A stretch of DNA of 64,000 nt from an uncultured Gammaproteobacteria bacterium (lineage in GTDB: Bacteria > Pseudomonadota > Gammaproteobacteria > DRLM01). The DNA lies in NCBI GenBank assembly GCA_963810615.1, contig CAWEOA010000004.1, positions 8,874 through 72,873 on the forward strand. Reading direction: 5' to 3'. Made by a program: the position numbers and the translations under genes. Numbering within the stretch: the first letter of the stretch is position 1; every line of letters begins with the position of its first letter. Below, piece after piece: positions 26,776-36,904 of the stretch. The notes below the pieces were generated by a model. That model saw only the letters and a program-made list of their open reading frames with translations, did no database searches and was not told the DNA's origin.

Positions 26776-27156
26776 TCATTCACCGTCAAGGCCGAGCCAT
26801 GTAATGGCTTCTTCCCGATCGGTAAATAATTCAATTCTAACGCCCGTATTATATGCCGCATTGATAAAGAATTCGGTGGTCTCGTCCGGATTATACCCAG
26901 GAAGAACGAGCGCCAGTCGAAGCTTGTTTGAAATTCTCGCCGCTCGCTCTGCCGATCTGAAGGCGTCAACCTGGTTCATTTTGCGTTTAGGCGGTGTCGG
27001 CGCTTCTGCCAGCACGCACCAACAATCGTATTTCTCACACGCCTCTCCGATGGCCTCCCATAGCTGCTGCTGGCTTTCGGGAGTGATTTCGTAGTCTTCA
27101 GGATGCAGTATGCGGATGTAGTTACTTAGAAAGTCCAATGTGAAGCTGGTGCTCAT
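26776..27156 (-). CDS. STAS/SpoIIAA-like small protein (paralog 1 of 3 in the window)
   Basis: 126 aa starting at MSTSFTL (ATG at 27156), preceded by GAGGGGGG. The C-terminal block LALVLPGYNPDETTEFFINAAYNTGVRIELFTDREEAITWL aligns with the ORFs at 62748 and 63433. Confidence 0.6.
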   Translation of the reverse strand: MSTSFTLDFLSNYIRILHPEDYEITPESQQQLWEAIGEACEKYDCWCVLAEAPTPPKRKMNQVDAFRSAERAARISNKLRLALVLPGYNPDETTEFFINAAYNTGVRIELFTDREEAITWLGLDGE

Positions 27157-27667
27157 TGCTATTTCCCCCCTCAAACCTCTCTAGAAAGCAACTGCCCTTA
27201 GAATGAAATCGCACCTTGGCTGTTATTATGTATTGCCACAGGTCCACACATGGTCGTGCCGGATGATTACCGGTGCCAATAGTGTAATTTAATTATCCTA
27301 CAAAACAAATCATAACCATTTAATCGAACGGTTATGCGCATCACGCCATTAGGCGAATCTCACTTTTAAAATATAGTACCGGCCACAAAGATCTCCCTAT
27401 TGAATTTTTATTCGAAACAAACCTCATTATAAGGCTGACCCGGTTCATGTGCGCATGCTCGTTGATTCTATAAATATCGTGGAACCTAGGTAATTATCGA
27501 AAGAACGGTCCGCGATTCTAGTGAGCACAATAGATAATCCTGTCGCTGTCTCTATCGTGAGCTCTTACATAAAAACCATATTTTAATAGCTTATTTAATA
27601 ACTTTTGAAATACCCTAGTAATTTGCTAAAGTATTGCTGTCTATATCTCAGATCTTGTGGAGCTGAC

Positions 27668-30298
27668 ATGAATGACCGAGATGATGATGGCAATAACGAA
27701 AGCAACGACGAACGCAAGCAGCAGGAGTCAGTAAACATAGGCCTGTCAATGTACCGTTCGCTATTCGATTACGCACCGGACGGTATCGTCGTTGCCGATC
27801 AGAAAAGCTACTATCTCGACGCCAATGCAAGTATTTGCAAAATGCTCGGCTATACCCGCGATGAACTTGTTGGATTACATGCTTCAGAGATTGTTACGCA
27901 GATAGAGGTAGAACATATCGAGGCTGCATTGGATGCGACCAAGAAAAAGGGGAATTACGTCAGAGAATGGCAGCTCCGTCGTAAGGATGGATCGGTCTTT
28001 TCAGCTGAAGTGATTGAAACCATCATGCCGGACGGCAATCTGTTGGGGATTATTCGTGACATCACTGAGCGCAAACAGGCGGAAATTTATTCAAAACACC
28101 TCGCCGCGATAGTCGAGTCTTCTGGCGATGCCATTATCGGCAAAGATCTGAACGGCATCGTTACCAGTTGGAATCTTGGTGCTGAAAAAATATTCGGCTA
28201 CATGTCCAACGAAATGCTGGGAACATCCATCACTAAACTGATCCCTGCCGACCTGCAAGATGAAGAGCACATGATTCTGGAAAAAATCAGGCGCGGAGAA
28301 AGAGTGAACCACTTTGAAACACTGCGACAAGCAAAGGACCAACGACTGATTGAAGTCTCAATTACTGTATCCCCGATCAAAGATTCCAGGGGAAATATTA
28401 TCGGCGCCTCAAAGATAGCGCGAGACATCAGCATATTAAAAGCTCACGAGCGCAAGATTGTCCGATTATCACAGCTCTATGCAGCACTCAGCCAATGCAA
28501 TCAGGCCATCGTCCGCTGCACAAATGAAATGGAACTGTTACCCCAAATCTGTCGAGACGCTGTCAAATTCGGCGGCATGAAAATGGCCTGGATCGGCATG
28601 CTCGATGAGTCCACCAGATTAGTCAAACCCTGTGCTTCATTCGGCTCCGGCATCGAGTATCTGGACGGGATCGAAATCTCAGTGACCGCGAATAATCCGG
28701 CCGGACTCGGACCCACAGGAACCGCGCTACGCGAACAGAGGCCAATTTGGAGTCAGGACATTAAGCACGATACGACCATGGCTTTCTGGCATGAACGAGC
28801 AACAAAATTTGGCTGGGGTTCCGCCGCCGCCTTACCCTTACATCGCAAGGGAAATGCTGTTGGTGTATTTGTCCTTTATTCCGACGTAGTCAATGCTTTC
28901 GACAAGGCGGTGCAGGACCTTTTGATGGAAATGGCGATGGATATCAGTTTCGCACTGGATCGTTTTCACGACGAAGCAGAACGCAAGCGCGAGCAAGACC
29001 AGTTGGCCTATCTGGCGAATTTCGACGTCCTTACCGGACTCCCCAACCGCACCCAACTGGAAAGAAATCTCAAATATGCACTCTGCTTGGCTAAGCGCAA
29101 TAAAGGCCATTTGGCGGTGTTGTTCATAGATGTTGACCGTTTCAAAGACATCAATGACACGCTAGGTCATAGTATAGGCGATGCCTTTCTGATTGAAATT
29201 GCTCGACGATTTCGATCGATCCTGCGTGAGGAGGATACGCTGTCCAGGCGGGGCGGCGACGAATTCGTTTTGGTGTTGTCCGAGTGTAGCGCCCAAGGAG
29301 CCGCACAGGTGGCGGAAAAGTTGCTTCAGGTCATCTCACATCCCAGCAAGATCGAACAATACGATCTGCTTGTGACTGCATCAATCGGCATTGCCCTTTA
29401 TCCTGAGGATGGCGTCGATATTGAAACACTTGCCAAGAGCGCGGATACCGCAATGTACCGGGCAAAACATGAGGGCAGGAATACTTATCGTTTCTTTACT
29501 ACCGAGATGCAAGTGAATGCGAGGCGCAATATGGAGTTGATTAATTCGCTGCGTCAAGCGTTGGAACGGGACCAATTGCATTTACATTACCAACCACAGA
29601 TATCGATACAGGATGGGCGCATCATCGGGGTCGAAGCCTTACTGCGGTGGCGGCATCCGGAGCTAGGGAATATATCACCGGCCGAGTTCATCCCCGTTGC
29701 AGAAGACAGCAGGCTGATCTTGTCGATCGGGGAATGGGTGTTACGCGAGGCTATCAATCAATTGAAACGCTGGACGGACAGCGGCTACCCGGCCATGGTT
29801 GTTGCGGTCAACCTGTCGGCCGTGCAATTTCGGCATCCCAATCTGCCGGATATGGTCAGCACCATTCTCCGTGAAGCACAGTTGCCCCCCGAATATCTGG
29901 AGTTGGAATTGACCGAACGAGTTGCGATGCACGACCCGCAGGAAGCTATTGCAGTGATGAATGAATTACATCAGCGCGGAATCCGTATGTCGATCGATGA
30001 TTTCGGAACCGGATATTCATCCCTAAGCTACCTTAAAAAGTTCAAGGTATACAAACTCAAAATCGATCAGTCATTTGTACGCGACATCAGCACGGACTTG
30101 GAGGATAAAGCCATTGTTGCCGCGATCATCGGCATGGCGAAAAACCTGGGCATGAAAACTATCGCCGAAGGTGTAGAAACGATAGACCAATTAGATTACC
30201 TGCAGAATGAGGGTTGCGATGAAGCACAAGGATATTATTTTAGCCGTCCGCACCCGCCGCAGCAGATAGAAGCATTCATCACCGGCAAGAATGCGTGA
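27668..30298 (+). CDS. PAS-PAS-GAF-GGDEF-EAL signalling protein (c-di-GMP turnover)
   Basis: Two PAS domains (SLFDYAPDGIVVAD..., IVESSGDAIIGKDLNGIVTSWN...) and a GAF domain. GGDEF is intact (RRGGDEFVL). EAL motifs are EALLRW, DDFGTGYSSLSYL and EGVE. ATG at 27668 with GGAG 5 nt upstream. Confidence 0.9.
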   Translation: MNDRDDDGNNESNDERKQQESVNIGLSMYRSLFDYAPDGIVVADQKSYYLDANASICKMLGYTRDELVGLHASEIVTQIEVEHIEAALDATKKKGNYVREWQLRRKDGSVFSAEVIETIMPDGNLLGIIRDITERKQAEIYSKHLAAIVESSGDAIIGKDLNGIVTSWNLGAEKIFGYMSNEMLGTSITKLIPADLQDEEHMILEKIRRGERVNHFETLRQAKDQRLIEVSITVSPIKDSRGNIIGASKIARDISILKAHERKIVRLSQLYAALSQCNQAIVRCTNEMELLPQICRDAVKFGGMKMAWIGMLDESTRLVKPCASFGSGIEYLDGIEISVTANNPAGLGPTGTALREQRPIWSQDIKHDTTMAFWHERATKFGWGSAAALPLHRKGNAVGVFVLYSDVVNAFDKAVQDLLMEMAMDISFALDRFHDEAERKREQDQLAYLANFDVLTGLPNRTQLERNLKYALCLAKRNKGHLAVLFIDVDRFKDINDTLGHSIGDAFLIEIARRFRSILREEDTLSRRGGDEFVLVLSECSAQGAAQVAEKLLQVISHPSKIEQYDLLVTASIGIALYPEDGVDIETLAKSADTAMYRAKHEGRNTYRFFTTEMQVNARRNMELINSLRQALERDQLHLHYQPQISIQDGRIIGVEALLRWRHPELGNISPAEFIPVAEDSRLILSIGEWVLREAINQLKRWTDSGYPAMVVAVNLSAVQFRHPNLPDMVSTILREAQLPPEYLELELTERVAMHDPQEAIAVMNELHQRGIRMSIDDFGTGYSSLSYLKKFKVYKLKIDQSFVRDISTDLEDKAIVAAIIGMAKNLGMKTIAEGVETIDQLDYLQNEGCDEAQGYYFSRPHPPQQIEAFITGKNA

Positions 30299-30564
30299 TC
30301 CACGCATCAATGATATTCTTGATCTCAGAAGAGAAACAAACTTGAAATTTCAAGTTACTGTAATTCAATGAGATCGGAAAATAATCAAGTCTCTTTTCAT
30401 TTATCACTACCTGGTTTATCAGCTGAAATATCAAAGCGCAACCGACTCGTAATTGGGTAATCCTGATGCTGAGGATAAATATGGATCGGATACTGTCATA
30501 GCTGAATACGGGGATGTTAGTTCACTCTTCGCATTTCACGTCGTTGTAAAGATAAGGAAGCACT

Positions 30565-31290
30565 ATGATCGAGCTTTATTACTGGCCCACACCTAACGGT
30601 CACAAAATCACCATGTTTCTGGAAGAGACAGGGCTTGAGTACCGGATCAACCCGGTGAACATAGGCGCAGGCGATCAATTTAAGCCCGCGTTTCTCGAAA
30701 TAAGTCCTAATAACCGTATGCCCGTCATCGTCGATACCGCCCCCTTGGACAAGGGCGAAGCAATATCGGTATTCGAGTCAGGAGCAATCCTGGTCTATCT
30801 GGCCGAAAAGACCAGGAAACTGTTGCCGACAGATCCGCGCGGCCGGATAACTGGGCTTGAATGGCTGTTCTGGCAGGTCGGCGGCCTCGGGCCGATGGCA
30901 GGGCAAAATCACCACTTCTCCAACTATGCCGAGGAGAAGCTACCCTATGCCATCGACCGTTACGTAAACGAAACCAATCGACTGTACGGCGTGCTGGATC
31001 ACCGGCTTGAGGGCCGAGAGTACATTATCGGCGATGACTACAGCATAGCGGATATAGCAAGCTATCCCTGGGTCGTATCATGGAAGTCTCAACATATGAA
31101 TCTGGACGATTTTCCAAACGTCAAACGCTGGTTCACCGCAATCCGCAACCGGCCGGCCACCGTCAGCGCTTACATACAGGCCAAACCGTACTCAAACCGC
31201 CCGGTGATAACCGAAGAGAGCAGGAAAATCCTGTTCGGCCAGTCAGCCGCAAGCGTCCGGGCGCGCATCAATTCGGGCAATGCTTCATAG
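30565..31290 (+). CDS. yfcG: Nu-class glutathione S-transferase-like disulfide reductase (YfcG-like)
   Basis: Close collinear match to E. coli YfcG as I recall it: MIELYYWPTPNGHKITMFLEE..., ISPNNRMPVIVD, FESGAILVYLAEKT, WLFWQVGGLGPMAGQNHHF, PYAIDRY. Confidence 0.8.
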   Translation: MIELYYWPTPNGHKITMFLEETGLEYRINPVNIGAGDQFKPAFLEISPNNRMPVIVDTAPLDKGEAISVFESGAILVYLAEKTRKLLPTDPRGRITGLEWLFWQVGGLGPMAGQNHHFSNYAEEKLPYAIDRYVNETNRLYGVLDHRLEGREYIIGDDYSIADIASYPWVVSWKSQHMNLDDFPNVKRWFTAIRNRPATVSAYIQAKPYSNRPVITEESRKILFGQSAASVRARINSGNAS

Positions 31291-31592
31291 GATTCCCGCA
31301 GAGCGACATCAAATGTGAATCTTCACAATCTAGTTAGGCCGATTGCATGAGCGCGAGCAACAAAGGGGAGATCGGCTCCAACCATTACTACGCCGACGGT
31401 GGCCTTCCAGTCGCGCTCCAGCTACTGCAGTAATGGAATGGCCAGCAGCACATAGAGTTAATGGTTCACCTGTTCCCCCTACGATGCTTCAATCCTCTTG
31501 TCGACGGCCCGCCATTAGGATGCTATCACATTAACAAAACCCTACTCCTGAAGTACAAATCTGCTCCATAGTCTCAACTCACTTGGTTTGCA

Positions 31593-31606
31593 TTGTGATT
31601 TATCAA
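31593..31606. promoter_or_regulatory. FNR/CRP-type box (8/10) upstream of the cbb3 oxidase gene
   Basis: TTGTG-ATTT-ATCAA, 160 nt upstream of the ATG at 31766. Confidence 0.3.
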
Positions 31607-31765
31607 TGTCCGACAAGGGGTCGTTCCTTAAGATTCACTTCATCAAGCGGGGAAACCAGTTTGCGCGGGATGGGATTTCGCATATTAGCAATGTGCACAC
31701 GCGCTCCATACCGCGGCATCCCGTATCTCGAGCTAGAAAATCAATAATCACGAGGGAGACAGGAG

Positions 31766-34681
31766 ATGGCTCGCACTAACGAATCCTCGCCGCATCTGGT
31801 CGATACCCACTTAGTCAAAACCTGGTTGTACTGGTCCTTGGCGTGGCTGACGGTCTTTCCCCTGGTGGGGCTGTTGGTGTCCATCAAGTTCCACAACCCG
31901 GGATTTCTCGGCACCGAGCCGTGGTTCACCTTCGGCCGATTGCGGCCGGTGCACGTCAACGGCGTGATATTCGGCGCCTTCAGCACGCCCTTCCTCGGCC
32001 TGCTCTATTATCTGGTGCCACGGCTTGCCGGACGACCCATGGCCGGTATGGCCTTCAGCCGCTGGGCGCTGTGGGGCTGGCAGGTCTTCATCGTCACCGG
32101 CACCCTGTCCTTCCTGTTCGGTTACAACCTGGGCTTCGAGGCGGACGAATTCCAATGGCCATGGAACATCCTGCGCTTCGTGGTGCTGAGCATCATCGGC
32201 ACCCAGGTGCTGGTGACTCTGTTCCGGCGCAAGGAGGGCGGTTTCTACGTCGCCCTATGGTACGCGGTGGCCGCGCTGGTATGGACCCTGATGAATCTCA
32301 TCCTCGGCAACGTGGTGCTTCCCTATGTGCACATGTCCGGCATCAGCAACGCCGCGCTGCACGGCTTGTACATCCACTACGTGGTGGGTTTGTGGATCAC
32401 GCCCGCGGGCCTGGCGCTGATGTATTATTTCATCCCGCTGGCGTGCAAGAACCCGTTGTTCAGCCATGCCCTGTCCAAGTTCGGATTCTGGACCATCGCC
32501 CTGCTCTATCCGTTTCTGGGCACCCATCATTATCTGTTCAGCCCCATCCCTTATCACAATCAGACCATCTCCATCGTTACCAGCATGCTGTTGATCATCC
32601 CGGTATGGGCGGTGGTCACCAATCACTTCGGTACCGCGCTGGGACGCTGGGGCGCCATCGCCCACGGCACCGATGCCGACAGCTATGGCGCCAAGTTTTT
32701 ACTGCTGGCGGTGTTCTTCTATCTGGTGGGTTGTTTTCAAGGATCGACCGAAGCCTTGCGCCGCGTCCAGGAGCTCACCCACTTCAGCGACTTCGTGATC
32801 GCCCATTCCCACTTCACAGTGTTCGGCACCTTCGTGGTCGCGGTGGTGGGCTCCATGTATTTCGTGTGGCCGCGCGTTACCGGCCGGCAGTTGTGGAGCG
32901 CGCGCATGGCCAGCTGGCACTTCTGGCTGACCATCGCCGGCGCCAGCGTGATGTTGCTGGGGCTGACCGCGCAGGGCTTCATCCAGGGCAGCATGCTGGA
33001 ATACGGAGCCAATTGGGTGGATACCGTGGTGGAGATGAAACCGTGGTGGGTGGCGCGCACCCTGGCGGGAGCCACCATGGACATCGGTTTCGTGCTGATG
33101 GTCTACAACTTCATCCAGACGGCACGCCATGGGGCGCCGTTCAAGGAGACGCCATACGGCGAGGCGCTGCAGACTCGTCCCGCCGGCGAGGAACGCCGCA
33201 TCATCAGCACGCCCTCGGGCGTGGTGCTGATCGCCGGCATCAGCTACTTCCTGATCGCCGTGGTGGTACAGGGCATCTGGCCCTCGCTGCTGCCGGAGAC
33301 CAATACCCCGGATGTCACCGATGCCGAGACCGGCCTGCCCATCAAGGCCACTGACTATACCCCGTTGCAACGACGCGGCCGCCAGGTCTATATCCGCGAG
33401 GGTTGCTGGTACTGCCATTCGCAATATATCCGCCCGGTTACCGGCGAGACCTCGCGCTGGGGCCCGCTCTCCCAGGCCGGTGAATATGACTTCGATCAAC
33501 CCCATATGCTCAGCACACGGCGCATCGGTCCGGACCTGTTCCGCGTCGGCCGCAAATATGCCGACGGCTGGCATGCGGCGCATCACTGGAATCCGCGCAA
33601 CATCGTGCCCGATTCCATCATGCCACGCTTTCCATGGCTGTTTAAACCGGCGCAGGGCGATAAGGCGCCCGAACTCAATGACGACGGCAAGGCGCTGGTG
33701 GCCTATCTGCAAAAGCTGGGCACCAACATCGGAGACTGGCGCGAAACCTTCACGCCCACGCGCCTGATCAGCGGCGCCGCTATACAATTGAGTGCGCGCG
33801 ACAAGCAGGCTTTGATCCCCAAGGGCAAGCGGGTTTATGAACGACGCTGCATCGGCTGTCACGGCGCCAAGGGCGACGGCAAAGGACCGGCAGCGCGTTT
33901 CTTCAAGACCAAGCCGCGGGATTTTACCACCGGTATTTTCAAATTCCGCTCCACCGGCGGCGGCGCCAATACGCTGCCTTCCGATCAGGACTTGTTCATT
34001 ACCATCAGCCACGGTCTGTGGGGTACGCCCATGCCGCCCTGGTACAAGATCTCCAGCGAAGAACGGCTGGCGGTAATCCAATATATCAAGACCTTTTCCG
34101 ATCGCTGGCAGAAAGAGCCGGTTAATCCGCCCATCGATATCCCGCCCGAGCCGGCGGTGACCGCCGCCTCCATCAACCGCGGCCAAACTCATTTCAATCA
34201 GATCTGTTTCACCTGCCACGGCAAGGACGGCAAGGGTGACGGCCCCCTGGCCGCCAGCCTCACCGACACCTGGGGACATGCGGTCACGCCGGCCAATTTC
34301 ACCCTCCCCGCCGGAGTACCTGGCGGCGTCAAGCTCGGCCACGACGGCACCCACATCTTCAAAACCGTCATGACCGGCGTGGGTGGCACACCCATGCCGG
34401 CCTTCGCCGGGACCTTCAAGCCCGGCGAGGTGTGGGACATCGTGCACTTCGTACAATCGCTGCGGGTGGATGCGCATGTGCAACACATGCAGGTGGTCGG
34501 CCTAGATAAAAGCAATGTGGACAAGGCACGCCGCCGCATCTGGGGCAGCCTGTCCCAGGCCGCCGCGGACGGACACATCGGTGATCCCGTGGTCGCCGGA
34601 AACTATCACCATGCCCCGGCCAAGGCGCGGCACGTCGCCCAGGCCGCCACCGCACAAATACAAGGAATACCATCGCCATGA
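31766..34681 (+). CDS. ccoNOP: cbb3-type cytochrome c oxidase with subunits I (CcoN), II (CcoO) and a dihaem CcoP-like domain fused in one 971-aa polypeptide
   Basis: CcoN His-containing segments RPVHVNG, IHYVVGLW, GTHHY, AHSHFTVFG. CcoO segment GCWYCHSQYIRP...RIGPDL...SIMPRFPWLF. Two further CxxCH sites (RCIGCHGAKGDGKG, ICFTCHGKDGKGDG). Confidence 0.85.
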   Translation: MARTNESSPHLVDTHLVKTWLYWSLAWLTVFPLVGLLVSIKFHNPGFLGTEPWFTFGRLRPVHVNGVIFGAFSTPFLGLLYYLVPRLAGRPMAGMAFSRWALWGWQVFIVTGTLSFLFGYNLGFEADEFQWPWNILRFVVLSIIGTQVLVTLFRRKEGGFYVALWYAVAALVWTLMNLILGNVVLPYVHMSGISNAALHGLYIHYVVGLWITPAGLALMYYFIPLACKNPLFSHALSKFGFWTIALLYPFLGTHHYLFSPIPYHNQTISIVTSMLLIIPVWAVVTNHFGTALGRWGAIAHGTDADSYGAKFLLLAVFFYLVGCFQGSTEALRRVQELTHFSDFVIAHSHFTVFGTFVVAVVGSMYFVWPRVTGRQLWSARMASWHFWLTIAGASVMLLGLTAQGFIQGSMLEYGANWVDTVVEMKPWWVARTLAGATMDIGFVLMVYNFIQTARHGAPFKETPYGEALQTRPAGEERRIISTPSGVVLIAGISYFLIAVVVQGIWPSLLPETNTPDVTDAETGLPIKATDYTPLQRRGRQVYIREGCWYCHSQYIRPVTGETSRWGPLSQAGEYDFDQPHMLSTRRIGPDLFRVGRKYADGWHAAHHWNPRNIVPDSIMPRFPWLFKPAQGDKAPELNDDGKALVAYLQKLGTNIGDWRETFTPTRLISGAAIQLSARDKQALIPKGKRVYERRCIGCHGAKGDGKGPAARFFKTKPRDFTTGIFKFRSTGGGANTLPSDQDLFITISHGLWGTPMPPWYKISSEERLAVIQYIKTFSDRWQKEPVNPPIDIPPEPAVTAASINRGQTHFNQICFTCHGKDGKGDGPLAASLTDTWGHAVTPANFTLPAGVPGGVKLGHDGTHIFKTVMTGVGGTPMPAFAGTFKPGEVWDIVHFVQSLRVDAHVQHMQVVGLDKSNVDKARRRIWGSLSQAAADGHIGDPVVAGNYHHAPAKARHVAQAATAQIQGIPSP

Positions 34682-34899
34682 CACTGCCCACCGGTGAAGA
34701 ACGCAAAGAATTGTCCAGCAAGACCCACTACCGCTCGGATGAGAAGGCGAAGAAGGCCGACATCGTTTTCAAGTATCAGGACGCGGACCTGTTGGAGCGC
34801 CACGGCTATGTGCCTTATTGGCTCAAGCTGGTGACAGTGGGGCTGGTGATCTGGGGAGTCTATTACCTGTGGGCGTATTGGCTGCCGCCGCAAACCTGA
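34678..34899 (+). CDS. small single-TM protein, CcoQ or FixP/CcoP N-terminal-anchor-like
   Basis: ATGA overlap with ccoNOP. HGYVPYWLKLVTVGLVIWGVYYLWAYW resembles the ...PxWW + TM anchor of FixP N-terminal domains. Confidence 0.5.
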   Translation: MTLPTGEERKELSSKTHYRSDEKAKKADIVFKYQDADLLERHGYVPYWLKLVTVGLVIWGVYYLWAYWLPPQT

Positions 34900-34917
34900 A
34901 TAGCAACACAATGGCGC

Positions 34918-35265
34918 TCAGTCGAGCCGTGTGCTTTTCGCCTCCGCTTCCAGCCGTTTTGCGTGTTCCCGGGCTTTACGGAAAAAATCCGGAGTGGGTC
35001 CGACGTCTTCATAGATCGGATCGTCATGGTCGTCCGCGGCTATTACTCTTTTACCCTGCGCGTAGGGGAAGGCCTCCTGCAACTCATCGAGCGCGGCACC
35101 CAGCAATTCGGTGATGATCTGGGTCTCGGTCTTGGAGGGATACATCTCGGCCAGCGCCAGGAGACGCGCCGCATCGTACAGGGGTAATTGGACGGAGAAT
35201 TCCCTGGCGGCGATTTCAGAGCCGGCATGTTTTTCCCAGTATTGCATCAAATCGCGTATTTTCAC
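34918..35265 (-). CDS. hypothetical protein
   Basis: 115 aa, acidic and helical, with codon usage like its neighbours. No motif recognised. Confidence 0.5.
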   Translation of the reverse strand: MKIRDLMQYWEKHAGSEIAAREFSVQLPLYDAARLLALAEMYPSKTETQIITELLGAALDELQEAFPYAQGKRVIAADDHDDPIYEDVGPTPDFFRKAREHAKRLEAEAKSTRLD

Positions 35266-35379
35266 TGCCTTACTCCGTGATCACAATCTGGCTATCGCTT
35301 TGCGCATTACCTGAGCTAGAAACCCGAAAGCGCAGGCGGTCGTTGTTCAACTGTGGCCGCCTGCGCCGGGAACCATCTT

Positions 35380-35721
35380 CTAATGCACCATAGCACCTTC
35401 AAGCGGATAGCCAGCGTCACGCCAGTCTTGAACGCCGCCTTCAAAATCGACGACATGGGTAAAGCCCGACTTGTCCAATTTCTTGGCGGCATTGGGTGAC
35501 GCGGTACAGTCGAAGCTGGCGCAGTAAACAATAACTTTGGCATCCTTGTCGCCGACGCGCTGCTCCACCTTGCGGATAAAATCCTTGTCCGCCACCGGAA
35601 TGTTAAATGACCCAGGAATACGGGCCTTCTCGAACTCGCCGCCGCCGAGGACATTTATCAGGTAAACGGACTCATTGCGATCAAGCAGACTCTTGAGCTG
35701 TTCACGTTTCATGGTTTCCAT
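35380..35721 (-). CDS. single-domain rhodanese-like sulfurtransferase
   Basis: INVLGGGEFEKARIPGSFNIP, active-site loop VYCASFDCTAS, C-terminal WRDAGYPLE. Confidence 0.8.
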   Translation of the reverse strand: METMKREQLKSLLDRNESVYLINVLGGGEFEKARIPGSFNIPVADKDFIRKVEQRVGDKDAKVIVYCASFDCTASPNAAKKLDKSGFTHVVDFEGGVQDWRDAGYPLEGAMVH

Positions 35722-35853
35722 AATCTACCTCCTTCATCATCGTGCGTCTACCGCGCAGCCGGCGCGCGGGGCGCTCAGAAATTTACTGTATCGACGATAC
35801 TCACTCCACCTTCTTCTCTGCCGCGGCAAGCTGTCTCGTCGAGGCGATATATC

Positions 35854-36582
35854 TTATTCCCAATATTTTCGGCGCGCATAATGTTCGAACAGCCTTATTT
35901 CATAGTCGCGACCGATAACGGATTTTGGATCGTATTCGGGCGCACTGCGGATATCGTCCCGGCACAGATCGACGAAGACGCTTTTCCTCGGCCAATCGAT
36001 TTTCGCTATCCAGGCCGGATTAAGCAATACATGCTTGCCCGGCCACCAGTTGCGCGTATCGATCTCCAGATAGCACAACTTGAAATTGTTTTCATCGATT
36101 ACGAAATCCGCCACATGGCCGATCTCGCCATCTTCCGCTGAAATGTTATAACCCACTACCTCTCTGGAACTGCGCAGCCGGCTGTCGGCCTGTCGGTCCC
36201 GCGGCTTGTTCGAGGAGGCTGGCGCGGGTGGTGCATAGGGGATGGAATCCCAATACGGCGGCCAGCCATAGTAGCGAAAGTAATCGACTTCGTAGCGGCG
36301 CGATACAGGCTCCTTACTCTCCATAGGCGGGCTGTCCTTGATTTGATTGCGGGAAAGCTCGACGAATATCTCGTTACTCTTTTCATCGACATTACCGATC
36401 GCAACGGAGGAAATGAGCACCCGCCTTCCCGTCAACCAGTGACCGGTATTCACCACAAAATAGCGAATTGTCCATGTCGAGTCGTCGAAATACACTTCTT
36501 CCACCGAACCTATCTCACCGTCTATTGCGCTGATTGCATAGCGCTGCAATTCACCGAGACGGTGCAACATAACCATAGCCAT
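35854..36582 (-). CDS. protein with two PRC-barrel domains
   Basis: Two repeats of the pattern AIDGEIGSVEEVYFDDSTWTIRYFVVNTG / AEDGEIGHVADFVIDENNFKLCYLEIDT. Confidence 0.75.
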   Translation of the reverse strand: MAMVMLHRLGELQRYAISAIDGEIGSVEEVYFDDSTWTIRYFVVNTGHWLTGRRVLISSVAIGNVDEKSNEIFVELSRNQIKDSPPMESKEPVSRRYEVDYFRYYGWPPYWDSIPYAPPAPASSNKPRDRQADSRLRSSREVVGYNISAEDGEIGHVADFVIDENNFKLCYLEIDTRNWWPGKHVLLNPAWIAKIDWPRKSVFVDLCRDDIRSAPEYDPKSVIGRDYEIRLFEHYARRKYWE

Positions 36583-36799
36583 TTCGAATACTCCATAGCA
36601 TCATCCTACCTCCTATTACGTCGGCGTATTGGCTTGTGGATGTTGCGAATATATCCTTACTATCCTCTTCATCTCCTTTCACGTCCCATAGCCAATTTAC
36701 CTTACTCACCACTTAAATATGCCTATAGGCAAGTATCAGGTCATATGTAATGCGAATACCTGATATCGGGCATTCTATGCAGTACCAAGGAACGCCACA

Positions 36800-36813
36800 T
36801 TGAAAAATATCAA
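36800..36813. promoter_or_regulatory. FNR-type box (9/10)
   Basis: TTGAA-AAAT-ATCAA, 92 nt upstream of the GH100-like gene. Confidence 0.45.
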
Positions 36814-36904
36814 TGAAGTGCGCAGAAAAATCGTCTACTGTGTCGATAATCTTCAATGCTGCTGGATTCTGATGCGGGGTTAAGCACTAAATAGAAAGTA
36901 CTTA

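Noticed and set aside
30339-30356. Perfect 18-bp palindrome AACTTGAAATTTCAAGTT, 41 nt after the GGDEF-EAL stop, considered as an FNR box or terminator
   Set aside because: The half-site spacing is TTGAA-N2-TTCAA, not N4. The hairpin has no U-tract. It may be an operator for another factor, but nothing supports a specific call.
31843-34486. 503-aa plus-strand and 595-aa minus-strand ORFs overlapping ccoNOP
   Set aside because: They are alternative-frame and antisense shadows with Arg/Pro/Gly-rich composition. The 31766-34681 frame carries all the haem and copper ligand motifs.
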